Origin: Patescibacteria group bacterium
GTDB taxonomy: Bacteria; Patescibacteriota; Patescibacteriia; Veblenbacterales; UBA10138
Reading direction: 5' to 3'
Length of the DNA: 64,000 bases
Assembly: GCA_018817715.1 (NCBI GenBank)
Contig: JAHITT010000006.1
Span: forward strand, 75,147 to 139,146
Part shown: in pieces, positions 49,402 to 59,429 of the stretch
Layout of the letters: the number at the start of each line of letters is the position of its first letter
Position numbering within the stretch: the first letter of the stretch is position 1
Program-made: the position numbers and the translations under genes
Notes under the pieces: model-generated
What the model was told of the DNA's origin: nothing
Databases searched by the model: none
The model's input: the letters and a program-made list of their open reading frames with translations, nothing else

Positions 49402-50163
49402 CTAAGTAGCTAGCCAACCGCCGTCCACATGTAAAGTGGCGCCGGTTACATACCCAGCTTCCCCTGAAGCCAAAAACACAGCCGCGGCCGCCACTTCTTC
49501 GGGTAAACCCATTCTGTTAAGCGGTATGCGAGCCATAAGCCCTTGTAAAGCTTCTTTGGGTATATCAGAGGAAGAGGCCATAGGCGTATCTATAGCGCCG
49601 GGGGCTATAACATTAACTGTAATACCCAAAGGCGCCCATTCTATAGCCATAGTTTCGGACATACCAATAACCCCTCCCTTAGAAGAGGTGTAATGAACAC
49701 CCCCAGCAATACCCACACCTACCTGCCCCGAAGCTATAGAAGAAATATTTATAATGCGACCCCATTTATTCTTAGTCATCAACTTAGCGGCCGCCTGGGC
49801 GCAAAAAAACTGACCTTTTAAATTTATATCTATAGTTTTATCCCAATCGCCTTCTGTTAATTCAGTGGCGGCTTTAGGCAGATAAACTCCGGCATTGTTT
49901 ATTAAAATATCCAGCCGGCCATAGTGTTTTTCCACTTCAGCAAATACCTGATTAATTTCTTGTAAATCAGTTACATCCATTTTAAAAGCTATAGCCTGGC
50001 CACCAGCGCCAATTATTTCTTCGGCTACTTTTTGGCACTCTGCCAAATTTATATCTGTTACCACCACCTTAGCGCCCTGACTAGCTAAAGCTTTAGCATG
50101 CGCTAAACCCATGCCCTGCTTAGCTCCAGTAATAAGAGCGACCTTGCCTGTTAAATTAAACAT
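49402..50163 (-). CDS. SDR-family oxidoreductase (FabG-like)
   Basis: TGAKQGMG cofactor motif, NNAG, and YTSSK catalytic Tyr-Lys. Confidence 0.8.
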   Translation of the reverse strand: MFNLTGKVALITGAKQGMGLAHAKALASQGAKVVVTDINLAECQKVAEEIIGAGGQAIAFKMDVTDLQEINQVFAEVEKHYGRLDILINNAGVYLPKAATELTEGDWDKTIDINLKGQFFCAQAAAKLMTKNKWGRIINISSIASGQVGVGIAGGVHYTSSKGGVIGMSETMAIEWAPLGITVNVIAPGAIDTPMASSSDIPKEALQGLMARIPLNRMGLPEEVAAAAVFLASGEAGYVTGATLHVDGGWLAT

Positions 50164-50170
50164 AAATTTA

Positions 50171-50839
50171 TTAATTTAAATAATTAGCTAAAGATTTTAT
50201 CTTTTTTATCTGAATATCAGCTGCCGATAAATCCCCACTGACTTGCGAATACAAACCTACTGTTTTAAAACCGATTTTACTGGCCACAGGAAACATTTTC
50301 GGCATATCATCAACATAAATAATTTCTGTGGGTTGTAATTTAAAAAGTTTAATAGCTTTTAATAAGCCTTGCGGGTGCGGTTTGGGCTTAACAACGTCTT
50401 CCCCAGCCACAATAAAAGAAAAATAATCTTCTAAATCAAATTTTTGCAAACCATTTTTTACAATATCTTGCCCGGCCGCACTTAAAATTCCCATTTTTAT
50501 ATTATTTTTATTTAACTTTTGTAATAAACTTTTAACACCCGAATTTGCTTTAATGTATTTTTCGTATTTTTTATATCGACTGTTCATTAAATTATGAACT
50601 TTAGATAATTTATTTTTAGGTACGCCGTGCTCCAAATAAAACCCCTGCCAATCTTGGTGTATGTTTTTAAACCAATAAGCCATAGACAATCTTTTTCCGC
50701 CTAAATCGACTATCACATCACACTCGGCCCGACCACAAGCGCCTAAATCATCCACTATAACCCCGTTATAATCGAATAAAACAGCTTTTATTTTATTTTT
50801 TGTTTTAATTTTGCGAATCATAATAACTACTTTATCCAC
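50171..50839 (-). CDS. HAD-superfamily hydrolase
   Basis: LFDYNGVIVDD motif I. Confidence 0.5.
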   Translation of the reverse strand: MDKVVIMIRKIKTKNKIKAVLFDYNGVIVDDLGACGRAECDVIVDLGGKRLSMAYWFKNIHQDWQGFYLEHGVPKNKLSKVHNLMNSRYKKYEKYIKANSGVKSLLQKLNKNNIKMGILSAAGQDIVKNGLQKFDLEDYFSFIVAGEDVVKPKPHPQGLLKAIKLFKLQPTEIIYVDDMPKMFPVASKIGFKTVGLYSQVSGDLSAADIQIKKIKSLANYLN

Positions 50840-52191
50840 ACTGTTTTAATATTAGTAAAAGCCTTAATACCATAGGCACCCATTTCCCGGCCATAACCGG
50901 ATTTTTTTATGCCGCCAAAAGGCAACCGGGGGTCAGATTTAACCATAGAATTCACAAACACCGAACCGGCTTTTATTTGTGGCACTAATTCTTGTATTAA
51001 TTTTTCATCCTTAGTCCACAACGAAGCGCCCAAACCAAAACGGGTGTCGTTGGCTATAGTAATAGCTTCGGCTGAATTTTTTACTTTTATAACCGCCGCT
51101 ACCGGACCAAAAACTTCTTCCTCATAAGCCGGCATACCTGGTTTAACATCTGTTAAAATAGTTGGCTGATAAAAATAACCGGTTTTAGCCAAGCGCCGGC
51201 CACCGCACAAAATTTTGGCCCCTAATTTAACCGAAAGATCCACTTGTTTTTCCACTTCTAATAAAATTTGCTCTGTAGCCAAAGGGCCAACATTGGTTTC
51301 TTTATTTTCCGGATCGCCCACTATTAAATTTTGATAATGTTTTAACAACTGACTAACAAACTGATCATAAACTGGTTCTTCCACAATAAATCTTTTAGCC
51401 GAAATACAGGTTTGTCCGGCATTATTAAGCCTGGCTGTTACAGCCACCTGGCAACTTAAATCCACATCCGCCTCTTGTAAAACTATAAAAGGATCACTAC
51501 CGCCTAATTCCAAAACTGATTTTTTAATAGCTTGGCCGGCAATAGCGGCCACGCTTTGCCCGGCTGCTTCACTGCCGGTTAAACTAACTCCTTGTATTCT
51601 GTCATCCTTTATCACCTCGGCTACTCTGGTTGAGCCTATTAATAAATTTTGATAAATATTTTCCGGACAACCACTATCTTTAAAAACTTTAGCAATTAAT
51701 TCAGCTGATTGTGGCACATTGGAAGCATGTTTTACTACCACAGTATTACCAGCCATTAAAGTAGGCGCCACAAACCGAAAAACCTGCCAAAACGGAAAAT
51801 TCCAAGGCATTACTCCCAAAATAACGCCTAAGGGTTCAAAAACAACATAACTGGAACCAGCGTCGGTTTTTATGACTTCTTTATTTAATAAATCTTCTCC
51901 AGCTTCAGCGTAATACTCCAGCACCCAAGCACTTTTTTCTACCTCACTATTAGCGGCCGCCAGCGGCTTACCCATTTCTTTAGTAATAATAAACCCTAAA
52001 TCTTCTTTATGGCTTCTTAAATAAGCAGCTAATTCATTTAAATGTTCTGCTCGCTCCTTATAACTTAAAGCACTCCAAGCGGTAAAGGCCTGCGCCGCCA
52101 AAGCCAGCTTATTATCAAGTTCGCTTGAAGAAATTTCTTGATACTCAGCTTCGACTTTTAAAGTAAAAGGATTTTTGGAAATAAAAGGCAT
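50827..52191 (-). CDS. NAD(P)-dependent aldehyde dehydrogenase
   Basis: LELGGSDP and a catalytic Cys region GQTCISAKR. Confidence 0.85.
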   Translation of the reverse strand: MPFISKNPFTLKVEAEYQEISSSELDNKLALAAQAFTAWSALSYKERAEHLNELAAYLRSHKEDLGFIITKEMGKPLAAANSEVEKSAWVLEYYAEAGEDLLNKEVIKTDAGSSYVVFEPLGVILGVMPWNFPFWQVFRFVAPTLMAGNTVVVKHASNVPQSAELIAKVFKDSGCPENIYQNLLIGSTRVAEVIKDDRIQGVSLTGSEAAGQSVAAIAGQAIKKSVLELGGSDPFIVLQEADVDLSCQVAVTARLNNAGQTCISAKRFIVEEPVYDQFVSQLLKHYQNLIVGDPENKETNVGPLATEQILLEVEKQVDLSVKLGAKILCGGRRLAKTGYFYQPTILTDVKPGMPAYEEEVFGPVAAVIKVKNSAEAITIANDTRFGLGASLWTKDEKLIQELVPQIKAGSVFVNSMVKSDPRLPFGGIKKSGYGREMGAYGIKAFTNIKTVWIK

Positions 52192-52328
52192 AAAGTTTAA
52201 ATCCTAATTAATTGACACGTTAGATGTCATCCTGAGGCCTTAGCCGAAGGATCTCAACACCTAAAAATTTGCTAACAAAATTCTTCACCCTACGAACGAA
52301 GGGTTCAGAATGACCCTACTTTTGATTC

Positions 52329-53990
52329 TTACAGTTCACAGGTTTTTTGTTTTAGCTCTTCATCAAAAACTTTTTTATTTTCACTGTAATCTATAGGACA
52401 ATCTATTATTTGCACCCCGCCTAAAACCTTAGCTTTATCTAAAGCCTTGGTAAAACCTTCAGCCGATTCTACTTTTAAACCACCAGCGCCAAAACTTTTA
52501 GCTAAACTAACAAAGTCGGGGTTAGTAAAATCTAAACCAAAATCAGTAAAACCCATTTGCTGTTGTTTCCACTTTATCATACCCAGGCCTTTGTCATTTA
52601 AAACAACCACTACTAAATCCAAACTCAAACGAACAGCTGTTTCCAAGTCGCCTAAAGACATCATAAACCCGCCATCACCCACCACGGCCACCACCAATTT
52701 TTCCGGATTAAGTAATTTAGCCGCCATAGCCGAAGCTAAGCCGGCGCCCATAGTAGCTAAAGCGTTATCTAACAAAACTGTATTAGGTTCCCGAGCAGGA
52801 AAATTCCTAGCCAGCCACAATTTATACATACCATTATCCAAAGCCAAAATACTGTCTGCTGGCATAAAATCCCGCAAGTCTTTAGCTAATCGTTGCGGTT
52901 TTAAAGGCCAAGCTGAATCGTCAGCTTTTTCTAAAATATGTTCTTTTAATTTTTGGCTTAACTTTTTATAATAAGAAAAATCCCAAACAACACTAGGTTT
53001 AATTTTTTCGGCCAGCGCCCACAAAGAATGAGCAATATCGCCTACCACTTCCAAGGTTGGCGCATAAACATAATCCACATCCGCCTCGGAAAAATTTATA
53101 TGAATAACCTCTCTGTCACCCTGAGCCATAATTAACGGCGGTTTTTCCACTGTTTCATGACCAACAACAATTAATAAATCTGCTTTTTGCAAAGCGCAGT
53201 GAATATAATCTCCCTCGCTTAAAGCTGTATTGCCGATATAACATTCTTTGGTTTCGTCTAGCACGCCTTTACCCATTTGCGTGGTTATAAAAGGAATACC
53301 GGTTTTTTTTACAAACTCGCTTAAGTGCTTATGAATTCTTTTGCGATTGGCCCCAGCGCCAATTACTATTAACGGCCGTTGAGCTGACATTATTTTGTTA
53401 GCCGCCTCGGTAATAGCTTTGGGGTCGGGCCCGGGTCGTCTAACTTTTACTGGCAACAAAACTTGCTTGTCGGTTATATCTTCGGCTATATCCTCAGGCA
53501 GTTCTAAATGAACCGCGCCCGGCCGTTCGCTTTCGGCCACTTTAAAAGCTTCCCGCACCATAAAGGGCGCCCGATCAGCGCTAACTATAGTACTAGCCAG
53601 TTTAGTAACCGGCTCCATCATTCTAACCACATCTAATATTTGAAAATGACCTTGCCTAGATTTACGCAAAGCTTTTTGCCCAGTAATTATAATAAGTGGC
53701 ATACCACCTAAATTGGCATAAGCCGCGCCGGTTACCAAATTGGTAGCACCGGGGCCCAAGGTACTTAGCACCACGCCAGCTTTACCTGTTAAACGGCCAT
53801 AAGTAGCCGCCATAAAAGCGGCGGTTTGCTCGTGTCTGGTTAAAATAAACTTTATTTGCGTTGATTTACTTAAAGCTTGTAACAAAGACAAATTTTCCTC
53901 ACCAGGCAAGCCAAAAACATATTTTACGCCTTCTGTTTCCAAGGCTTCCACTATAATTTCCGCTGCTGTTTTAGGGTTTTTATTTAACAT
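52329..53990 (-). CDS. thiamine-pyrophosphate enzyme (acetolactate synthase large subunit-like)
   Basis: TPP-binding VVGDGGFMMSLGDLETA and an N-terminal Pyr domain. Confidence 0.8.
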   Translation of the reverse strand: MLNKNPKTAAEIIVEALETEGVKYVFGLPGEENLSLLQALSKSTQIKFILTRHEQTAAFMAATYGRLTGKAGVVLSTLGPGATNLVTGAAYANLGGMPLIIITGQKALRKSRQGHFQILDVVRMMEPVTKLASTIVSADRAPFMVREAFKVAESERPGAVHLELPEDIAEDITDKQVLLPVKVRRPGPDPKAITEAANKIMSAQRPLIVIGAGANRKRIHKHLSEFVKKTGIPFITTQMGKGVLDETKECYIGNTALSEGDYIHCALQKADLLIVVGHETVEKPPLIMAQGDREVIHINFSEADVDYVYAPTLEVVGDIAHSLWALAEKIKPSVVWDFSYYKKLSQKLKEHILEKADDSAWPLKPQRLAKDLRDFMPADSILALDNGMYKLWLARNFPAREPNTVLLDNALATMGAGLASAMAAKLLNPEKLVVAVVGDGGFMMSLGDLETAVRLSLDLVVVVLNDKGLGMIKWKQQQMGFTDFGLDFTNPDFVSLAKSFGAGGLKVESAEGFTKALDKAKVLGGVQIIDCPIDYSENKKVFDEELKQKTCEL

Positions 53991-54139
53991 AAACGTCCAT
54001 CTATTTTAGCAGACTACCGAGCTTGTATCAAAAAAACCCGCTAACCTTCTTAAATTCACAAAAACATAAGGAACTGACGAACACCTCAAAGTAAAAAACA
54101 CTGAGCCGTTCAGTGATTTTTTGGCTAAAATTAAATAAT

Positions 54140-54841
54140 TTAACCTGCCTTTTCCTTATCAAACAAATAATGTTTTAATAAAATAATCAGCACCCACGCG
54201 ACGCAAATAATTAAAACCCACTTTAAACCCATAATTTTAAGGGCCGATGGACCAAGTTTAAAAACCAATATACCCCAAAAAGTTTCCCAAAATACTATGC
54301 CAGCCAAAGAATAAGCGGCAAAACGACGCCAAGGAATTTGTAAAATTCCCGCGGCCGTAGCTGTCATGGCGGCTAGATTAGGATTCCAGTAAGTAAACAA
54401 AACCGCTGTGGATTCCTTACTAACTAGTTTTTGTTTAGCCAGTTCAATGGCTTTGCTAAAACCGAATTTCATAAATAGTTTGTACCAACCATACTTACCT
54501 AATAAATAACTGACTGAATAAGAAGCCACAAAAGCCAGCATAACAATAAGCACCATAGTAACGACTTTTAAAATATCCTGACCCGAAGATATTACTCCCA
54601 AAAAAATAATGACTCCACCCGGAAAATACTGGCCAACAATAAAAAACCCTTCTAAAAAGGCGCCCAGAAATACCACCCACAAACCTAATTCAGAAAACTT
54701 TTCCAAAATCATGTTAGCGACTGATTCATCCACTGGCAATCCCAATAGGCGCCAAATTACGTAAACAACCAAATAAGTGCTCAGCACTATAATGGGTAAA
54801 ATCAACAGACCGATTATTTCTTTAAATTTAGTCATACTCAA
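54140..54841 (-). CDS. DedA-family membrane protein
   Basis: DedA/SNARE-associated signature with multi-TM topology. Confidence 0.65.
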   Translation of the reverse strand: MSMTKFKEIIGLLILPIIVLSTYLVVYVIWRLLGLPVDESVANMILEKFSELGLWVVFLGAFLEGFFIVGQYFPGGVIIFLGVISSGQDILKVVTMVLIVMLAFVASYSVSYLLGKYGWYKLFMKFGFSKAIELAKQKLVSKESTAVLFTYWNPNLAAMTATAAGILQIPWRRFAAYSLAGIVFWETFWGILVFKLGPSALKIMGLKWVLIICVAWVLIILLKHYLFDKEKAG

Positions 54842-54963
54842 AATATAACATTAATTTAATAAATAATCACAGAAAAACTAATAAATTGACTTTTCTAAGT
54901 ATTGGCTTTAAGGTAAGGGCAAATAAATAAAGCATTATTAAAAACAACATATAAAGGTGCCAA

Positions 54964-55671
54964 ATGAATCTACAAAAATTAATGGAGCATTTTTTTAAAC
55001 TCTACGGCAAAAGAAATAGAATATTCCTGCAAAACTTATTGCAGCGCATAGTCTTTTTAAATCTGGCTATAGCCGATTTACAAGAAGCTATCAGAAAACA
55101 AGCCGACCCAGCTGATTTAAAAATAGCTTTAGCAAGAATAGTGTCTAGAATTTTCTGCGTAGCCGATTACTTTGCTAGCGACCAACTGGCGGTTGTTATG
55201 TCTCAAAAATACCCCAATAGCCATTGCAGTTACTGCCAAAAATTACCTTGTAAGTGTCCAGAAAAAAGACCTAGCAGTATATTAACAAATCCAAACCCTA
55301 CTCAACTGAACTGGACCTTAAAACAATGGTGCCGACATTTTAAAAAAATCTACGGCGCTAAAAATAAATCCAAGGGTCTTGAAAATATTCTTAACCGCTT
55401 GTTCAAGGAAATAAGCGAACTATTGATACTAGCTATGAAAACTCCCAGCACTTTTTCCGCCCATACAACCATAGACGACATAGAAATAGAATTTTCCAAA
55501 GAACTAGCTGATACTCTAGCCTGGACAATAGCTATAGCCAATTTATTGACAGTTGATTTAGAACAAGCTGTTTTGGAACGTTATGGTAATGGCTGCTGGA
55601 AGTGTCATAACACTACCTGTACCTGCACGGAATTCAATTATGACCAAGTGTTTTGGCCATCGGTAAAATAA
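54964..55671 (+). CDS. tandem MazG-like all-alpha NTP-pyrophosphohydrolase repeats, each ending in a Cys cluster
   Basis: Internal duplication. Repeat 1 ends KYPNSHCSYCQKLPCKCPE and repeat 2 ends RYGNGCWKCHNTTCTCTE. The helical EL..L motifs resemble MazG. Confidence 0.4.
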   Translation: MNLQKLMEHFFKLYGKRNRIFLQNLLQRIVFLNLAIADLQEAIRKQADPADLKIALARIVSRIFCVADYFASDQLAVVMSQKYPNSHCSYCQKLPCKCPEKRPSSILTNPNPTQLNWTLKQWCRHFKKIYGAKNKSKGLENILNRLFKEISELLILAMKTPSTFSAHTTIDDIEIEFSKELADTLAWTIAIANLLTVDLEQAVLERYGNGCWKCHNTTCTCTEFNYDQVFWPSVK

Positions 55672-55682
55672 TAATTATTATG

Positions 55683-55714
55683 ACCAAGTTGTTTAAAAAA
55701 CAACTTGGTTTTTT
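55683..55714 (+). terminator. intrinsic terminator
   Basis: ACCAAGTTGTTT-AAAAAA-CAACTTGGT followed by TTTTT. Confidence 0.6.
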
Positions 55715-55746
55715 AATATTAAAAACAACAAAATAACCTAAATTAA

Positions 55747-55786
55747 CCTGTGGATAACATAGGCTAATTCGTACGAATTAGCCTAT
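55747..55786 (+). repeat. 40-bp repeat copy B with 28-bp dif-like palindrome (left boundary of R-M island)
   Basis: CCTGTGGATAAC + ATAGGCTAATT-CGTACG-AATTAGCCTAT. Identical to copy C. Confidence 0.7.
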
Positions 55787-55793
55787 AAAGAAA

Positions 55794-56615
55794 TTATTTA
55801 AAGGGATGAGACTTTTTAAACTCTTCTAGGACTCCAGATTTTTTGGCTATGGACAACAATTTTTTATGCAAATGTTTGTTACTTAATAAAGCGCCTTTAA
55901 TAAACCCGTTATACTTTTGTTCCTTCCCCCATAAATCTGTTACCTTACCACCAGCTTCCTCCACCACTATTTTAGCCGCCGCAATGTCATGGGCTAATTT
56001 ACCATTAAATATACAACCATCAAACCCGCCAGTAGCTATTAAAGAAGCCGCTTCAGCTACCGAATAAACCTCGGGCGTGCGAGCGTTTTGTTTATGAAGT
56101 AAAACAGAAGCGGACGAACTTTTCCAACCGGTTTTTATTAAAGCGCCAGCCAAAATTTTTTTATTGCTTACTGATAACTTAAAATTCTTTTCCACCAAAT
56201 AAGCGCCCTTGCCTTTTTCGGCCAGTACTGTGCGCCTGGCTAAAGGATTACACAGCACTCCAGCCACTGGCCGACCATCTATAACAATAGCGGCCGAAAA
56301 AACAAACAACGGCGCGCCAATAATAAACATATGCGTGCCATCTATGGGGTCCACCACAAATAATTTACGACCAATTGTTTTAGAACTTATTTCTTCACCC
56401 AAGACATCAAAATCCGGGTAAGCCTTGGCCACCTCGCGCAGAACCATTTGGTTAACAGCAATGTCGGCCTTGGTTACGGCATCCAATCCCCAATCAGCCT
56501 TTTTATTTTTAATAGTATAACTTACCCCACAAGGATTGTAATACTTAAGCATTAGCCGACTAGCTTTGCTGGATAAGTTTAATAGGAATTTTGTTTGCTT
56601 GCTAAATTTTTTCAT
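55794..56615 (-). CDS. inositol monophosphatase-family protein
   Basis: VVDPIDGT motif and WDxAA-like GGFDGC region. Confidence 0.75.
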   Translation of the reverse strand: MKKFSKQTKFLLNLSSKASRLMLKYYNPCGVSYTIKNKKADWGLDAVTKADIAVNQMVLREVAKAYPDFDVLGEEISSKTIGRKLFVVDPIDGTHMFIIGAPLFVFSAAIVIDGRPVAGVLCNPLARRTVLAEKGKGAYLVEKNFKLSVSNKKILAGALIKTGWKSSSASVLLHKQNARTPEVYSVAEAASLIATGGFDGCIFNGKLAHDIAAAKIVVEEAGGKVTDLWGKEQKYNGFIKGALLSNKHLHKKLLSIAKKSGVLEEFKKSHPFK

Positions 56616-56687
56616 AAAGACAAATTAAGATTGCCATTCAAAACTATCTCCCAACCAACCGCTTTGGATAACAAGTTTGTAGTAAAA

Positions 56688-59429
56688 TTATTCTTTATCA
56701 AACAATGTTGGCTTCTGTCCGTTTGTAAATTCTTCGGTTGCCAATTCCTTGTGGCGTAATTCGTCATATCCCTCAAAATCGCTCACGCTCGCAATTTTAA
56801 CTGCCTTGAACCCTCTTTTTTCCATTGCCTTGTCCACGAGGAAAAAAGTTTGAACGCCGCCCTCTTTTTCTAAAAGTTTTAGGGCTTTCTTGCGGTCATC
56901 AATTTGTTTCGCTTCGGCAAGATGCTTGCCTTTAACATCAACGACTATCCACTTGCCTTCGATAAACGCAAGAAAGTCCGGATAAAATGGTGCTGGCTTT
57001 ACTTCAACGGGATACTCAAAAGGATCATTTCTAACCCAAAAACTTTTCTTTTTCTTGTCCAATGAACAAAGATGCTCCAAAGCGTCAGCGACCCATTTTT
57101 CGGGCGGCGAATCAAACTTTACAAACGGACGAGCAGAAAATTTATATCCTTCAACAATAATACCTTTCTGCTGTAAGTGCGAGGACATGGGTTGATGAGA
57201 AGGAATCAAGTTGAGAGTAAGTCCGTCTCGTTTTCTAACAGTAATTTTGCCATCCACAAAAATATCTTTTACATTTTTCTTTCGGAATATAAATTGTCTC
57301 TTGAACATCAATTCAAATGCGCCTTGTCCGTAAAATTCAATAATACTCTTTTTTAGAGCTTTCAAGGCGCGTTTATAGTCCACCGCGTAGGCGGTATCAA
57401 CCTGTATTCCGGCACCAATAATGTTTTCTATCAGCTTCTTTGCAGTATCAAATGAGTTATTTCCGATAAATGAGCCAGTTTGTTCTATAAAATCTAACGC
57501 CCAGCGCGCAATTTCGTTTTTAGGCAAAGCTATTGTTCTGCGGGTAGTCGCTGGCTTGTCAGTCTGCATGGCGATTTCATCAGTTGTAATTTCCGCATAG
57601 TCAATCATTGCCAAAACTTCTGGCTTTAGAACTTTGTCACCCTTGGAAAGCCCGCACACCTCATCAACAAACGCTTTAACGCTTAACGATTGATCTTTTA
57701 GCGCGTCTTCAAAACTTTTACCGGTTGCAGTTGGTTTGATCTGCAAAATTGGAATTTCGTAGTCATCAATAATTTTTCTGTTTACTTTATTCTCGCGGTC
57801 TTCTTCCTCGGTTGGAATTTCAACATTTGCCGGCGACAATGCTAATTTTTGCCGAATTTCTTCTACGATTTGATCAAAGCGGCGGCCCCTCTCGCAAATA
57901 ACATGTAAAATTTCGCTCTGCTCTTTTAGTTCATCGCCCAAAATATCAAACTCCCGTTTTTCTTTGTAAAGTCGGAGACCACGCCCGATAAGTTGGGCCG
58001 CCGCGAGACCAACTTTCTCAACAGTATCGCCCAAAACAACGATTGTATAAAAATTGTCGTAATCAACGCCCTCGGTGAATATACGGACTTGGTTTACAAC
58101 TTCGGCATTATTGTCGTCGAGCGATTGATAATCTGTCCAGACCTCTTCCTCGCTTTTATTTTCGCTATGAATGGTGAAAACAGATTTTGCCACTCGCGAC
58201 AATTTTTTTACTAATTCTGATTTGTTTTTTGGTATATTCGTACGAACAATTTTAGCAATATCGGTTCCTTCACGATTTACTTGTTCCAACACATCATCAA
58301 GCTCGCCCGCAACCGAATCAGGCCAATTTTTGAGATAATCATCAATCGCGTCCGCGTGTTTTATAGTTCTTGCTTTGGTAAGCAACATCGCTTTTTTCAC
58401 TGGCGCGTTAGCGGCGGCAAGCGACTCGGTTTTTAGCAAATGAATCAACATGCCCCAAACCAATTTCTGCTTATCACTATCGGTCACTTCGTCTGAAATT
58501 TTCTCGTCGCTTGTTCCGCAACCAACCGCAAAAATCCTCTTGCCATATCCCTCTCCAATATATCTTTGCATTGGATACTTGTATAAGTTGTCTTGTCCAA
58601 AACTCTCGCTACCACCTTTTTCAAGTGATGTTGCGGTAAATTCCAGCACAGCGCTCGGCAAGAGCTCAAAAATTGCTTCTGCGGTTTTCTTTTGCTGGTA
58701 GTGGTGTGCTTCATCAGAAATAATGACTGGCCGCTTTTCGCGTAAAAATTCCACAAACGATATGGTGTGTTGCCCGCTTTTATCACGCCACAATGATTCT
58801 TCAAGCGGCCGGCGAACATATGGTGTCCCTTTCATTGTATCTTCACCGTCTTTTTTGTTCGATGAAGCCGCTTTATCGTAAAACTTCTGCATGTTGAAAA
58901 CATAGAAAGAAACGTCGCGATCATCTTCGTAATTGCAGGTTTTATCACGATAAGAATTTCCCGTAACCAAGTTGTAGGTTAAATTCCAACCGTCGCCAAA
59001 AATGCTTTTTACTGCGCGCGGCGTAAAGTTTTCTATCGTCTTATCAAACAAAATTGTGTTCGGAGTGAGAATAAGAAAATCTCTAAAACCTCGGTGGTAT
59101 AAGTCCAAAATCGCCGCGCCCATCAAAAGGGTTTTGCCGGAACCGGTCGCCATTTCAAAACCGACCTTATTCCACCCAACAATCTTATCGTCATCGTCTT
59201 TTCCTTGTTGAAGTGTTTTCTGCTTTAAGCTCCGGCTGTCAAACTTGTCTTTCCAAAAAAGTTGAAATGCGCTCAATGCTTCTATTTGATACGGGCGCAA
59301 GGCAAATTTAAGCAAATGCTGTATCTTTTCGTAATTCTCAATCGTTTTTGGCGACGGCGAACCGACGGCAATTTTGTATTGCTGGTCTTGGCTCACTAAA
59401 TCGTAAAATGTTTGCGGTTTTGTTCTCAT
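56688..59429 (-). CDS. res: Type III restriction enzyme Res subunit (SF2 helicase + PD-(D/E)XK endonuclease)
   Basis: MATGSGKT Walker A, DEAHH motif II, and C-terminal YPDF...VVDVKGK nuclease motif. 4-nt ATGA overlap with upstream mod. Confidence 0.85.
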   Translation of the reverse strand: MRTKPQTFYDLVSQDQQYKIAVGSPSPKTIENYEKIQHLLKFALRPYQIEALSAFQLFWKDKFDSRSLKQKTLQQGKDDDDKIVGWNKVGFEMATGSGKTLLMGAAILDLYHRGFRDFLILTPNTILFDKTIENFTPRAVKSIFGDGWNLTYNLVTGNSYRDKTCNYEDDRDVSFYVFNMQKFYDKAASSNKKDGEDTMKGTPYVRRPLEESLWRDKSGQHTISFVEFLREKRPVIISDEAHHYQQKKTAEAIFELLPSAVLEFTATSLEKGGSESFGQDNLYKYPMQRYIGEGYGKRIFAVGCGTSDEKISDEVTDSDKQKLVWGMLIHLLKTESLAAANAPVKKAMLLTKARTIKHADAIDDYLKNWPDSVAGELDDVLEQVNREGTDIAKIVRTNIPKNKSELVKKLSRVAKSVFTIHSENKSEEEVWTDYQSLDDNNAEVVNQVRIFTEGVDYDNFYTIVVLGDTVEKVGLAAAQLIGRGLRLYKEKREFDILGDELKEQSEILHVICERGRRFDQIVEEIRQKLALSPANVEIPTEEEDRENKVNRKIIDDYEIPILQIKPTATGKSFEDALKDQSLSVKAFVDEVCGLSKGDKVLKPEVLAMIDYAEITTDEIAMQTDKPATTRRTIALPKNEIARWALDFIEQTGSFIGNNSFDTAKKLIENIIGAGIQVDTAYAVDYKRALKALKKSIIEFYGQGAFELMFKRQFIFRKKNVKDIFVDGKITVRKRDGLTLNLIPSHQPMSSHLQQKGIIVEGYKFSARPFVKFDSPPEKWVADALEHLCSLDKKKKSFWVRNDPFEYPVEVKPAPFYPDFLAFIEGKWIVVDVKGKHLAEAKQIDDRKKALKLLEKEGGVQTFFLVDKAMEKRGFKAVKIASVSDFEGYDELRHKELATEEFTNGQKPTLFDKE

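Noticed and set aside
52447-52971. Plus-strand 174-aa ORF inside the TPP-enzyme gene. Similar antisense ORFs occur at 380-607, 23262-23633, 38952-39161, 56209-56421 and 58450-58701.
   Set aside because: They are fully embedded antisense within well-supported conserved genes, with low-complexity translations. They are spurious.
55631-55700. 17-bp direct repeat ATTATGACCAAGT(T)GTT spanning the stop and terminator of the MazG-like gene, considered as a target-site duplication of the island.
   Set aside because: It lies outside repeat copy B, and has no counterpart near copy C. It is more likely a local slippage duplication that formed the terminator stem.
58236-58246. An 11-mer ATTCGTACGAA matching the core of the dif-like palindrome lies inside res.
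   Set aside because: The flanks (TTGGTAT / CAATTTT) do not form the 11-bp arms. It is most likely a chance occurrence of a short palindrome.
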